A stretch of 64,000 bases of DNA, taken from NCBI RefSeq assembly GCF_006345805.1, contig NC_043000.1, positions 16,058,001 through 16,122,000 of the forward strand, read 5' to 3'. The DNA is from Octopus sinensis (Eukaryota). Position 1 is the stretch's first letter, and every line of letters starts with the position of its first letter. A model generated the notes under the pieces. That model did no database searches and was not told where the DNA came from. It saw only the letters and a list, made by a program, of their open reading frames with translations. Both the position numbers and the translations under genes were made by a program. Below, one piece after another: positions 1 to 13,430 of the stretch.

Positions 1-3000
1 GTCTGTAGATGCCAGAACAGCAAGGGGAAGCAGCTGACCTCCCCTGTTCAAAGGTTATAATGGACACAGGTTTGTGTGTCACATAGCTAGCTAGAGGCAA
101 TGGCCTCTTGGAGCTAATCAACGGCAGCATTCGTCCTATTTTTCTGGACTGCCATGTTAGCATGGTGATAACTATTAATATATATATATATATATATATA
201 TATTTATTTATTTATTTATTTATTATGTGAGTTTGTACATATATATGGGCCTCACAAAGGAAATAACGAAAGACCGAGACCTCTGAGATATGCTGTGACT
301 GTGAAGATTCTACAAATGAAGTGAGTTCATGGCTCGCAGGGTGGCCTGCTGTGCTAAGCTTGGATCGTAGGGTGACCCACTGTGCTGGAGTACGTCAACA
401 TCAACATCAAAATAAAAATCAAATGGAAATAGTAGTTACGATACCCATGCCAGTGGCACGTAAAAAGCACCATCCGAATGTGGCTGATGCCAGCACCGCC
501 TGATTGGCGTCCGTGTCGGTAACATGTAAAAAGCACCAACAGATCATGGCCGTTTGCCAGCCTCCTCTGGCCCATGCCAGTGGAATGTAAAAAGCACCCA
601 CTACACACATGAAGTGGTTGGTGTTAGGAAGGGCATCCAGTTGTAGAAACACTGCTAGATCAGACTGGAGCCTGGTGCAGCCTCCTGGCTTTCCAGACCC
701 CCTGGACGAACCGTTCAAGCCATGCTAGCATGGAAAACGAACGTTAAACAATGATGATGATATATATCTATATCTATATATATATATATATTTAACAATT
801 AAGGATAACTTCTTAATAAGGAATCTTAACAAGAAATTATCAGGTAGTTAAGCGTGAAAAACCTCATAAGACAAAAAAAATTCGAAAATAATTTTTTTCC
901 TTTTGAAAATATTAATTTTAATATATATATATATATTGTGTGTGTGTGTCTGAAGAATAGAGTGAATGAGAAAGAGATTAAAGAGTTATAAGAATGAAAT
1001 GAGAAGGCTTGAGGTTGAGTGATTAAAGAGAGGAAATAGAAGAAAGCATGAAGATGAGAGGGAGGGAAAAAGATAGGAGAGAGAGGGGGGGAGATAGCAT
1101 ACCTAAGTGCAAGAAAGCAGGTGTGTATACACAGGTACAAAACACTGATGTATGATGGATTGTTTGTGTCTTAGTTTCAAGGAAGAAGAAAGAAGAATAA
1201 AGGAGAATGCAACAACAAGAATATTGGTAGAGCAAACAAGAACCATTTCATTACCAACTGTGAGTCGTGTAATAATTAATTCAGTGAACAGTGGTTCTGT
1301 ACAAAGATGCCAACTACAAGGACTCTGGACGTCATCAAAGCAAAAAGTGACGAAGAGAATCAGTAAGGTGGGGGGTAGTGTAGCAATTATGAGTGAAAAC
1401 CATCATTTTGTCTAGATTTCCCAGTGGAAAAAATTTAAATGAAAACATAATTAAATTTATTGGTCTTCAATACTAACCTACCTTCAATCAAACAGTTCAC
1501 ATTTAAATTGAAGTCTCAACCAAAATCTTGTAGGCGTCTTTTATCTTCTACTTGTTTCACTCATTGGACTCTGACCATGTTGGGGTAGCACATTGAAGAG
1601 TTTTAGTTGAACAAGTCACTCCCAGTACTTAATATTTTGGTGGGTTTTTTGGGGGGTTTTTTTAAGTGTGGTTCTTGTTCTGTTGGTGTCTTTTGAGAAA
1701 TACTAGGCTATGGGGATGTAAACAAACCAACACTGGTGATCACGGAGTCGAGGACAACGACACACGCACATACACACACATGGATGACAGATGGACGGAG
1801 AGACAGACAGACAGATACCTGATGCAGCCACAGTTTGTCTACTAAATCCACTCACGAGGCACTGGTTGGCCTTGGGCAATAATAGAACACACCCATGTTG
1901 CCGAGCAGCAGGATAGAACCCAAAACCTTGCAGTTTCCAAATGAGCCTCTTAATAATAATAATAATAATCCTTTCTACTACAGGCAAAAGGCCTGAAATT
2001 TTTTTTGGGGGGGTGAGTCCATTACATCAACCCCAGTACACAACTGGTACTTATTTTATCAACGCTGAAAGGATGAAAGGCAAAGTCGAACTCAGTGTCA
2101 TTTGGACTTAGAACACACAACCATGAACAATAATGTAAAATTTCATCAAGTAAACATCATTTCATGAGAATCTTTTCTTCTTTTTAAGTTCTAAACACTC
2201 AATTAATATAGTAATAGATAAACAAAATAGTTATTTTATGAAAACCATCCAAATTCACAACTGTGAGAAATGGACTCCTTCTGAAAGAACAGAACTCACC
2301 TCTCTTGTCACAGTACACAAACAGCTCCTCTTTTTATAAATTTCATTAACCATTTATTTTGCCAACAAAGACTATCACTAGTTTCCTCACAGTCTAGATT
2401 TTTCTAACCTTATCTTGAAAATGAATTCAAAGTCACAGGCAATGTGTTCTTGTTAAAAATTCAGTCAGAAAAAGGTTAACCTAGAAGTGGCACATTTCAC
2501 AGAGTTTATAATGTAAACATGCATAAATTAATTCATTATCTGGAAGACGAGAATTTTAACGTGTTTATAATTTAACTATTTAAAAAATACAACAGTAATA
2601 AAAATAAACAAACAAGATATTAATGGAAACAAGATGAACCAAAATATCAGTGACCTGGTTGTAAATATTTTACAAAAGATACTGATACTTAAAAGCAGAC
2701 AGTTGTAGCAATAATAGTAATCCATTCTACTACAGGCACAAGGCCGGAAATGGGGGGGGGGTCTAGTTGATTACATCAACCCTAGTGTATAACTGGTACT
2801 TATTTCATCAATCCAAAGAGATTGAAAAGCAGAGTAGACCTCTGTGGTATTTGAACTCAAAGGTCCAAGATAATGCATGATAAATTCAAAACAAGGTGAA
2901 TGAATAATCTGAACGCAAATAGGTTAACCACACAGTTACACTTGCACCAATTACTCTAAAATATTAGATACAAATTGTATCTGTTTGAAGGAGGTCACTG

Positions 3001-3413
3001 ATAATGATGGTAATTATATTAACCCTTTAGTTACTGTATTTATATTGAGATGCTCTGTGTTTCTTTCAATTATTTTAAACATAACAAAGAATTTAGTAAA
3101 TTAACTTAGTTATCATTAAGCTAGTGTTAGGAACATAAATTGTGATTAAGGTTTGATGGGAGATTTTAATTCATAACTTATGAAAACAAGACATTTGTAC
3201 TACAGAGTCAGAGCCGGTTTTGGCCAGGTTGGTAACGAAAGGGTTAATGAATGAATTTTAATAAAATATGAAATTTAAAGATTTTTTTTCTTATCCAATA
3301 TTCAAGCACCAGTTATGAGATGACCTGACGGATGAAAAATGTCCAAACTTACACACTGACAGCCCACATAAAATAGTAAATAAGAGTGCATTATTATCAT
3401 TATCCAAGACCAT

Positions 3414-3801
3414 GGATGGAAGCACTCCGTCGGTTACGACAACGAGGGTTCCGGTTGATCCGAATCAACGGAACAGCCTGCTTGTGAAAGTAACATGTAA
3501 GTGGCTTAGCACTTCACAGACACGTGTACCCTTAACGTAGTTCTCAGGGATATTCAGCGTGACACAGAGAGTGACAAGGCCGGCCCTTTGAAATACAGGT
3601 ACAACAGAAACAGGAAGTAAGAGTGAGAGAAAGTTGTGGTGAAAGAGTACAGCAGGGATCGCCACCATCCCCTGCCGGAGCCTCATGGAGCTTTAGGTGT
3701 TTTCACTCAATAAACACTCACAACGCCCGGTCTGGGAATTGAAACCGCGATCCTATGACCACGAGTCCGCTGCCCTAACCACTGGGCCATTGCACCTCCA
3801 C
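3414..3801 (-). mobile_element. Same tRNA-derived SINE
   Basis: High identity to 15553-15941; 12-bp TSD atccaagaccat at 3402-3413 and 3802-3813. Confidence 0.85.
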
Positions 3802-4779
3802 ATCCAAGACCATATACATCCAGTATATGTTACACGTTTATTACCATCAAAACTTGGTCGATTATTTCAGCATGTTACAATTAATTGTCCAAGTAGAGTT
3901 AAATGGAGATACAAGCAAAAGCAACCAAAATCATGCAATGCAAAACCCATCATTCTACTTGCTTTGCCTATTAGTCTACTCAATTGGAGAGTAGCTACCA
4001 CTTCCTACAGCTAAGTATAGCTTTCTAAAGCCACCTGACATGCCTGAACCCTTTTGATGCCAACCTGTCTCAGGCTGCCACTTGTTCTGTGTTACAAACA
4101 TCTTGTTTTCAAGAGTTCTGAATTAAAATCTTCCATCAGAACTTAGTATTATGTTCCAAAAGCCAATTAATAATGACAAAGTTATTTCACTAAATTCTTC
4201 ATTATTCCCAAAATTAATTGAAGTAAAGACAGAGTATCTCAACAGAAATATGATAACAAAAGGGTTGATCAAGGAACTGAGAACTTTTACACATTCACAC
4301 AACGAAACACTCAACACAATTCAATGTCGAGCTCAAGGATTGTATGGAAATTTCATAACTTGTAGTCAGTGAGGAGAAATTGACAGAGCTGGACTTATTA
4401 CTTTCAAAACTTTTGTACAGGTGTTGGACTCTCTCTACCTCTCTTATCCTCATCCTCCTCATCATCATCATTTAACATCGACCTCCCCTTTGAGAAACAC
4501 TGATTTAACCTAAATTTGAGACACCAGCAAAAGAAGAAATAAAGATAGACTTTTTTTCTATTCCAAAGAAAAATGATTTTATTCACACAAATATGCAACC
4601 GAAGAGTTTAAAGTACGAGTAATGATAAGGCTGTTGACAGGGAGAAAACTAACATGGTTTAAACAGTTCTTTTCATTAAAAAATAATTAAGCATGCCTTT
4701 ATTTCATTAAAATTTTTGGTTTTGTTAAACGAAGTTAAGGCAAAAAAAAAACTTCTTGAGAAACCAAATAGTCTTTTCT

Positions 4780-5088
4780 TCCTTCATGCCAAGTTTGAAG
4801 AAAATATTGCTTTTGCATCTTACTTTTTTGGTCTCTTAAATACACTGCATTTTGTGGCATTATTTCAAGCCAGCCGGCTTTTTTTGCACAAACTGCACAT
4901 GCATTTTTCACACATATGCATAGTATCGATCGCATTCTCGCCTGAAATCAATTTTTGTAATTTTTTCAAGACTTATACATGCCCTGATACTGTCGGTATC
5001 TACATATCAAATTTGATCGGATGGAGGATGCCCGAGATCCTAGAAGACACACACACACAGACAGACAGAATGGATTTTATATAATAGA
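4780..5088 (-). mobile_element. Helitron-like element, type C
   Basis: TC start followed by (ctgt)n; homologous to 61739-61935 plus 62345-62450, where a SINE interrupts it. 3' end not defined. Confidence 0.6.
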
Positions 5089-5209
5089 TATAAACACACA
5101 CACAACAGGCATCTTTTAGTTTCTCTCCACTGTATTCCATTTGCAAGGCTTTCGTTGGCTTGACCATGGTAGAAGACACTTGTCTAAGGTGCTGCGCAGT
5201 GTGTGTGTG

Positions 5210-5249
<40 letters not shown>

Positions 5250-5250
<1 letters not shown>

Positions 5251-5465
5251 AAGGGAGTGCTGAAAAGTTCCTGGCTTTGGGTATAAGAAAACACAGGAGG
5301 ACCAGTTGATTATGATTTGATTGAACTTATTCCCCTCTCAGATTCACACATTTATCGCAGTGGCCCGCAGTGTTTCTAAGCCCTGCAAAAGAACTTGGAA
5401 GGTTGGGCCTCCAACTAGGCCTTCTGTGATACCCTTATAGTGAGGAACTTTTCAGCACCCCATCA
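5250..5465. mobile_element. Tc1/mariner-type MITE
   Basis: TIR gtgctgaaaagttcct / aggaacttttcagcac; TA-like flanks. Confidence 0.7.
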
Positions 5466-5474
5466 TATGTATGT

Positions 5475-5545
<71 letters not shown>

Positions 5546-5898
5546 TATTCTTTTAACTGAGCATCAATCTCAACCTTAACTCTTCTACTTGTCTGATGGT
5601 TATTTGTAAAATAGCCAAATCCACCCCAGTGGAAATAATCTTCAGATTGATGTGATGTGCCTCTAAGAGCTGATATCATCCGAAAAAAGAATTATATAGA
5701 GAGACATAGATAGACAGATAGCCATCTGTTTAATGCAAACTGTCGGAAGAAAGAGTACTCAATACTATAGAGATTAATAACAGTTTATTTTGGCAAGTTG
5801 TAACTTGCCTGAAGGGCCCTACGTACCCACAGACAAAACTCAAATTAGCAAAACTGACTGAATCAACCAAAATAAATATGTGCGTGTGTGTGTGTATT

Positions 5899-5929
<31 letters not shown>

Positions 5930-5954
5930 ATTTATGTGTGTGTGTGTGTATTTA

Positions 5955-5985
<31 letters not shown>

Positions 5986-6074
5986 ATGAGGGAAATTTTA
6001 GAAGGAACAAATCCAGACAATCAAATAGAAATTCACAGCATAATTTTAAATGTACAACCAAATAACTATACATA

Positions 6075-6448
6075 TCTCTCTATATATAAACGGCAGTTTG
6101 TCTGTGCGTGTTTCTGTGTGTCTGTTTGCTTGTACCCTCACCCTGACTACGGCTTTCAACCGATTCTGATGAAACTTGACACACACATAGCCCAATGTCA
6201 TAATTCAAAACTAACGCAGCGAAAATTTTGAAAAGTTCCCCCAGTTCTGAAAAAAATCGATAAATTCGACATGGGGTCGAGAATCAGAAACACAAACCGC
6301 AAACTGTCTAGGGGACGCAACTCCACCTTTTTTAACTAAAAAAAAAAATTTACCATAATTTTTTTCCATTTTTTTGGCTATAACTCTCTAAAAATGCTTT
6401 ATAGTTATTTCCCTTACAAACCTGAGCAACGCCGGGCGATACTGCTAG
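6075..6448 (+). mobile_element. Non-autonomous Helitron (5' type A)
   Basis: 5' TC, GC-rich 3' hairpin cctgagcaacgccggg, CTAG end, no TSD. Confidence 0.8.
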
Positions 6449-6829
6449 TCTTTATATATAAAAGTCAAGTTGTGTGTCTGTCTCCTACGATTTAGATTCC
6501 TAACTACTCCCACATTTTGCGGTGCAGTTCAACCAAAACCGGGTATCTTATAGTCGTGATTCATATCGAGCCCTTCTGGGTATTAGCGCGCGTCTACGAT
6601 GAGTCTATGATTTTTTAAAAAATCATTTTTTCCCATTTTAATGCATTTTTTCGCTATTATATAAGGGAAGTAACTCTCTAAAAATGTCTACGATGAGTCA
6701 ACGATTTAAAAAAAAATTTACAATCATTTTTTTCCCCATTTTTTTGCTAATTTTTGGCTATAACTCTCTAAAAATGCTTATATAGTTATTTCCCTTACAA
6801 ACCCGAGCAACGCCGGGCGATACTGCTAG
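6449..6829 (+). mobile_element. Non-autonomous Helitron (5' type B), head-to-tail with the previous one
   Basis: Starts TC immediately after the previous CTAG; same 3' hairpin and CTAG end. Confidence 0.8.
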
Positions 6830-7060
6830 TAAATTTATAAATCAGTGAACAAAATTACATGTAAAAGTCATAAGTAAAAACTATGCATCATGTTCGTTGG
6901 GTTCAGGTACCAAATTGAGGAGTAACAAATAAAGAGATAAAAATTCGAGGTAAGGGCTTCCAAAAGGAACTGATCGAATTGATTAAGAATTTGATGTTTA
7001 TACAAAACGTCAGATGAGAGTTAAAATATTTTTAAATTCAGTGGGTAAACATGTAGATAT

Positions 7061-7303
7061 CATCATCATCATCATTTAACGTCTGCTTTCCATGCTAGCC
7101 TGGATTGGATGATTTCACTGAGGACTGATGAACCAGATGGCTGCACCAGGCTCCAATCTTGATCTGGCAGAGTTTTTACAGCTGGATGCCCTTCCTAACA
7201 CCAACCACTCCGAGAGTGTAGTGGGTGCTTTTACGTGCCACTGGCACGAGGGCCAGTCTGGCGGTACTGGCAACGGCCATGCTCAAATGGTGTTTTTTAC
7301 GTG
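7061..7303 (-). mobile_element. RTE 3'UTR copy
   Basis: (cat)n tail and ggatgcccttcc motif. Confidence 0.8.
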
Positions 7304-7382
7304 ATACATGATGAAATCCTACATGGTAATAATTTGATAGAAAATTTAACTTCATATATATATATATATATATATATATAAT

Positions 7383-7543
7383 CTACACTCGCGGAGTGGT
7401 TGGCGTTAGGAAGGGCATCCAGCTGTAGAAACACTGCCAGATCAGACTGGAGCCTGGAGCAGACCCTGGCTCCCCAGACACCGGTCGAACCGTCCAACCC
7501 GTGCTAGCACGGAAAACGGACGTTAAATGATGATGATGATGAT
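7383..7543 (+). mobile_element. RTE 3'UTR copy, inverted relative to 7061-7303
   Basis: ggaagggcatccagc motif and (gat)n tail. Confidence 0.8.
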
Positions 7544-7855
7544 ATAGGCATGCACTAACCACTACACCTAGCTTTTTCTTCCAAAGAACATTGATCCTTT
7601 GAAATCATGTCTTTCCTGCAGGCACCAACCTACACCAATTTAAAGACATTAAAGTCATGAAGCTCACTAGTCTTGGAAGACCCCTAAAATTCATGAGCAC
7701 TGTCCTATTCCAGACACATTAAATAAACATTAAAAAAAAAAACAGTAAAAAATATAAAATCAAACTGAGAACAAGATGTTAGCAAAGCAAACTTCTTATC
7801 ACGTAGCCATGCATACCTACCTGCACCTATGTTTAACACAGATTTTTTTTATTTA

Positions 7856-8400
7856 TGAGGTCCGATCAAAAAGTAGTGAGACTGTTGCTATGGAAATGGA
7901 ACTAAAGTATGCAGAGTGAAACCAATTGGCACAGATTGGACTTGAACTCTGGCACACATGCACACTAAGTTATAATGCTCTCACTCATTTTCATTGTTTA
8001 TTGCAATGCTTGGAAATAAAGTGTGTAGAGTGTGGTGCTCTCAAAAAGAAGATCAGGTTTCCTTGATTTTGTTGAGGAAGAGAAAAAAGCTTTTTGAAAA
8101 CAGTCATAACAGGTGACAAATCATGGGTCTATGGCTGTGATCCCAAAACCAAAGCAAACAACAAATCCCACTTGAAAGGGACAAGATTTCAAAACACCAT
8201 GGAAATCCAAGAGAATGCAACAAGGCAGTTGCTCGCTATTCCAAAAAGAAGTTCTGAGAATGCTTCAATCAATGGAAATGACACTGGATGAAGGATTTGG
8301 CTTCAGAAAGGGGCTACTTTGAAGGAGATCAAATATTGAACTGACGTGTTGCAGTTTCTTTTTTATAGCACCAGTCTTGATACTTTTTGTTCGGATCTCA
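7856..8400 (+). mobile_element. Internally deleted mariner transposon
   Basis: TIR tgaggtccgatcaaaaagta / tactttttgttcggatctca; TA on both flanks; VITGDKSWVYGCDP motif. Confidence 0.85.
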
Positions 8401-9919
8401 TATTTAATCATTTTGATACCAACCATGGCCACCTTAGTTCTATGATACAAATTTCTTGTTTCAAAGAGAGCTAAATTAAAATGTTCCATTAAAATTTTCT
8501 GAAGATTTATATTCTAAACATCATCTTAATAATGACAAAGTTGTGACACCTGTTATCGTCTCTCTGTCATACTTTAACTTCTCTTCAACTCATATAAAGC
8601 CTTCTCATCATCATCGTTTAACGTCCGCCTCCCATGTTGGCATGGGTTAGATAATTAGACAGGAACTGGCTAGGCAGAAGACAGCACCAGGCTTCAGTTT
8701 CTGTTTTGGCATGGTTTTTACGGCTGGATGCCCTTCCTAACACCAACCACCCGACAGAGTGGGCTGAGTGCTTTTTACATGAGACGGGCACAAGCAAGGT
8801 CAGTTTTGGCATGGGTTTCACACCTGGATGCCCTTCCAAATGCCAACCACTCTACAGTGTGGAATGGGTGCTTTTTAAGTGGCACCAGCACTGGCAGGGT
8901 CACCAAGTAACTTTGCAAAACAAGGAATCTTTGAGAGGGGAAGGGGCATTGGAGGTGGTGATTTTGGGTCAGATGATGAAAGGTTAGTGTGACAGAGAGA
9001 CAGATGTCTTTAACCCTTTCGTTACCAACCAGGCTGAAACCATCTCTGGCTCTGTAGTACATTAAAGTCATGAAGCTCACTATCTTGTTTTCAAAAGTTT
9101 CGAATTAAAATCTTCCACCAAACCTTAGTTACAATTTATGTTCCTAACACTAGCTTAATGATAACTAAGTTATTTTACTAAATTCTTTGTTATATTTAGA
9201 ATTAATTGAAAGAAACACAGAACATCTCAACAGAAATAAGGTAACAAAAGGGTTAATACTATTACCCACTCAGTTGAAGGAGTCTTGTCTTGCGATTTAT
9301 TTGGTGACCCTACTAGTGTTGGTGCCATGTAAAAAGCAACCAGTACGCTATATAAAATGACAAGCATTAGGAAGGGCACCAAGCGGTAGAAACCATGCCA
9401 AAGCAGGAAGTGAGGCTTACCACAGGCCTCTGGTTCACCAGCTCCTGTTGAACCATCCAACCTATGCCAGCATAGGAAATGGGCATGCAATAATGATGAT
9501 GACAATGATGATTTATAAAATTATTTGAAACAAAGGTAGTGTATTTCAGCAGAAATATTGTTAAAAAAGCCTTAATATTATATTTATAAATAGCAAATAC
9601 TATCATTGCTGACAAGGTTCATAAAAATTAGTAAATTTAGTAAATATTTTATACAAACAGAAATAATTATTAATTATCATATAAATTATAATCGCTAATT
9701 ATCCTGTAAATAGTAATTATTTGCTAACCATTGTTCATTTATGTGTATTAATGTAAATGTTATTGAATTAGATATTTTACGGATCATAAAATATCTAAAA
9801 ATAATAAAAACGGAGCTCACAAGAATCAAACTGGATTGACAGCTGGATTCCACAGCGAACACGCATCTCAGACGCAGACAATCCATTTACATTAATATCT
9901 CAATTTCAAACCGTGGTTG

Positions 9920-10420
9920 TAAACAAGCAGCTGTGCCTGGGAAATGAAAAACTGATTTGGCCAAACAATGTACAAGATATAATTGGAATGAAAAATGAAA
10001 AACAGCAGAAAGCTTGTAGCAAAATATATTTACGCATGCTCATATATATGTGTGCTTGTGTAGTTACAAACTTTCTGTTATTTTTTTATCCCAATCATTC
10101 ATATATATATATATATATATATAGGTAGGTATGTATGTATATGGCTGGACTAATTAATATTGCTTATATAAATATATATGTATATCTTAGAATACCTGGT
10201 GCCCAGGAAATAAAGAATGCAGTTGCTGAACCTGTTGTAAGAAAATTATCCTAGTTCTGTATAAAATTATTAATTGAAACACAATGTGTAAATCATTCGT
10301 TATTGATAAACGAGCTTTTTATTTTTGCTTTTTTTTTTTACTTCTTAATATATTGTGTTTCAACAATCCACAGTAAAAGGAAATAATGCAATGCCATTCC
10401 AACTATGACAATACAGCCTG
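9920..10420 (-). CDS. Candidate three small spliced exons of an unidentified gene with a hydrophobic segment
   Basis: AG/GT-bounded segments at about 10417-10341, 10257-10195 and 9948 downward join in phase to CIVIVGMALHYFLLLWIVETQYIKKTRIIFLQQVQQLHSLFPGHQAQLLVYNHGLKLRY*. No family recognised. Confidence 0.25.
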
Positions 10421-10621
10421 TGCCTTTTTAATATATTACACAGGCATGGCTGTATGGTTTAAGAAGTTTGTTTCCAAACCATGTGGTTTCAAGTTCAGTC
10501 TCACTGCATAGCACACTGAGCAAGTGTTTTGTGTAACAGGTTTGGGTGAACCAAAGCCTTGTGAGTAGATTTGGTAGAGAGAAACTGAAAGTAGCTTATT
10601 ATAGGCAATATATATATGGAT

Positions 10622-11007
10622 GGGATGGAAGCACTCCGTCGGTTACAACGATGAGGGTTCCGGTTGATCCGAATCAATGGAACAGCCTGCTCATGAAATT
10701 AACGTGTAAGTGGCTGAGCACTCCACAGACACGTGCACCCTTAACGTAGTTCTCGGGGATATTCAGCGTGACACAGAGAGTGACAAGGCCGGACCCTTGA
10801 AATACAGGTACAACAGAAACAGGAAGTAAGAGAAAGTTGTGGTGAAAGAGTACAGCAGGGATCACCACCATCCCCTGCCGGAGCCTCGTGGAGCTTTTTT
10901 AGGTGTTTTCGCTCAATAAACACTCACAATGCCCGGTCTGGGAATCGAAACCGTGATCCTATGATCGCGAATCCGCTGCCCTAACCACTGGGCCATTGCG
11001 TCTCCAC

Positions 11008-11008
<1 letters not shown>
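10622..11008 (-). mobile_element. Same tRNA-derived SINE
   Basis: Full-length copy, inserted in the microsatellite spacer of another SINE. Confidence 0.8.
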
Positions 11009-11039
<31 letters not shown>

Positions 11040-11400
11040 TCATATCATCATTACCATCCATTTTCCATGCTGGCATGGCTTGGACGATTTGACAGGATTA
11101 AGTCAATTACATTGACCCCTTATTAAATCAACCCCAAAAGGATGAAAGGCAAAGGTAACATTGGAATGTAACAGCAGACAAAATACCGCTAAGCGTTTCA
11201 CCCGGCATTTTTTCTCTTTTACTTGTTTCAGTCATTTGACTGCGGCCATGCTGGAGCACCGCCTTTAGTCGAGCAAATTGACCCCAGGACTTATTCTTTG
11301 TAAGCCCAGTACTTATTCTATCGGTCTCTTTTGCCAAACCGCTAAGTGACAGCGACGTAAACACACCAGCATCGGTTGTCAAGCAATGCTAGGGAGACAA

Positions 11401-11478
<78 letters not shown>

Positions 11479-12504
11479 GACAGGCTTCTTTCAGTTTCCG
11501 TCTACCAAATCCACTCACAAGGCTTTGGTCAACCTGAGGCTATAGTAGAAGACACTTGCCCAACATGCCACGCACTGGGACTGAACCCGGAACCATGTGG
11601 TTGGTAAGCAAGCTACTTACCACACAGCCACTCCTGCGCCTGCTCGCACTTCTTCCAGCCTTTTTGATATATTGCACAAACTCTATAAACAAAAGGTTCA
11701 TCCATATAGTGTCCTTTGTTTCCAGCTCACTGCATAAAAAGGTCCAGACTGTTTATTGTTTGATAGATGTGAGATTCTAATTTCACTTGGAAACAAATGG
11801 GGGTTACTGGCAGGAAGGGCATCTGGCCATAAAAAACTGTCCCAATGTACTCTTGTCTAACCCATGCAAACATGGGAAAGTACACATTAAATGATGATGA
11901 TGATGACATACATAAAACGTCAATATACAACATCTGACAGATGTACAATATGAATCCTTTCACTGTACCATTTCAATTCTAAATTTTTTAGAAACTCCTT
12001 TACAGACTTTTATGTTTTAAACATTAGACATGACAAGAGTGAGTAAAGAAAATGCTCACAAATTTAATTTCTGTCTTTTTCAAATATTTTCCCTTTCTGT
12101 GTAACTCTAATCTTAATCCCTAATCATAACCATAAGCCAAAATTTCCCTTACAAGAGTGTAAACATCTGCTGTAATGTAGAGAAAACTGTCAGAAATGGA
12201 AAAGTTACGGCTGGTTTTGTGCTCTGAAACGGGGTGTTTCAATAAGTGTTTAAAAACATTAAATTAAAAAGCACTTTTTTATTTACAACCATACAGAAAT
12301 TTTTCTCAATGAATATTCTATTCATCACCGCTTAATGTCCACTGTTCCACGCTTGCATAGCTCAGAAGGAATTTCTTGGGGAGAAAATCTACTTCAACAA
12401 ATTCAGTCTGATCTGCAGTAAAATGGATGTTAAATGATGATGATGATGAATAGAAAATAAGGCAGGTAAGTTTCATACTGTACGTTTCTTCCAATATATA
12501 TTGT

Positions 12505-12732
12505 TTAACCCTTTCGTTACCAACCCAGCTGAAACCGGCTCTGGCTCTGAGTACAAATGTCTTGTTTTCATAAGTTTGGAATTAAAATCTTCCACCAAAC
12601 CTTAGTCACAATTTATGTTCCTAACACTAGCTAAATGATAACTAAGTTATTTTATTAAATTCTTTGTTATATTTAAAGTAATTGAAAGAAACACTGAGCA
12701 TCTCGAAATAAATACAGTAACAAAAGGGTTAA
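12505..12732. mobile_element. piggyBac-like MITE, ~225 bp, TTAA-flanked
   Basis: TTAA-CCCTTT...AAAGGG-TTAA. Other copies at 3019-3247, 4046-4268, 9010-9256, 32285-32514, 32571-32799, and partial 33780-33870 and 63742-63913. Confidence 0.8.
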
Positions 12733-12981
12733 TGTACATATAGTTTATACTAAATATATATTAATATCAACAGAGACATAGTTGGGAGTGCTGAAGAATG
12801 TCACTTCATAACCACGTGGTTACGTCTCTATGCTACTTCATTTCAAGTGCTCTATGAAAGTGAAAGTATTTACTTTGTTGAAAGCTGCTGGTTTCTAGGC
12901 CACAAAGCAAGTGTTTTTCTTAGAAAAAGGAAACATCTATTAAGAAATGAAAGTAAATTAGCAAACAGTAGTTCTCAACCA

Positions 12982-13430
12982 TTCAGACATAAAATCTGTG
13001 CTTTTGTATGGCTCTGAAACATGGAGAGCCACCTGCAGCAACTACAAGAAGATCCAGACCTTCATCAACAAATGTCTCCGACAGATCCTCCATCTGAAAT
13101 GGTTCGACAGAGTGCCAAACACCGACCTGTGGGAAAGGGCCAACCAGGAGCCCATACATGTTCAGATTAGACGAAGGAAATGGAGATGGATTGGACACAC
13201 ATTGCAGAAAGAAGCCTCAAATGTGACATGACAAGCACTTGACTGGAACCTGCAGGGGAAAACGAAGCGAGGACGCCCGAAGCAGACATGGAAGCAGAGC
13301 ATTTTGGACGAGTTCAGGACCACCGGCCTGACATGGGAAGCAGCCAAGAAACACATCAATGACCGCAAGAAATGGAAAACAACTGTTGAGGCCCTATGCT
13401 CCACAAGGGGAAAAAAGGATTAAGAAGAAA
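12982..13430 (+). mobile_element. 5'-truncated RTE-clade LINE with 12-bp TSD
   Basis: LLYGSETW...RKWRWIGHTL...KRGRPKQTW...VEALCST; (aag)n tail; TSD agttctcaacca at 12970-12981 and 13431-13442. Confidence 0.9.

Noticed and set aside
1152-1415. 87-aa ORF
   Set aside because: Purine-rich low-complexity start; no domain or convincing exon structure.
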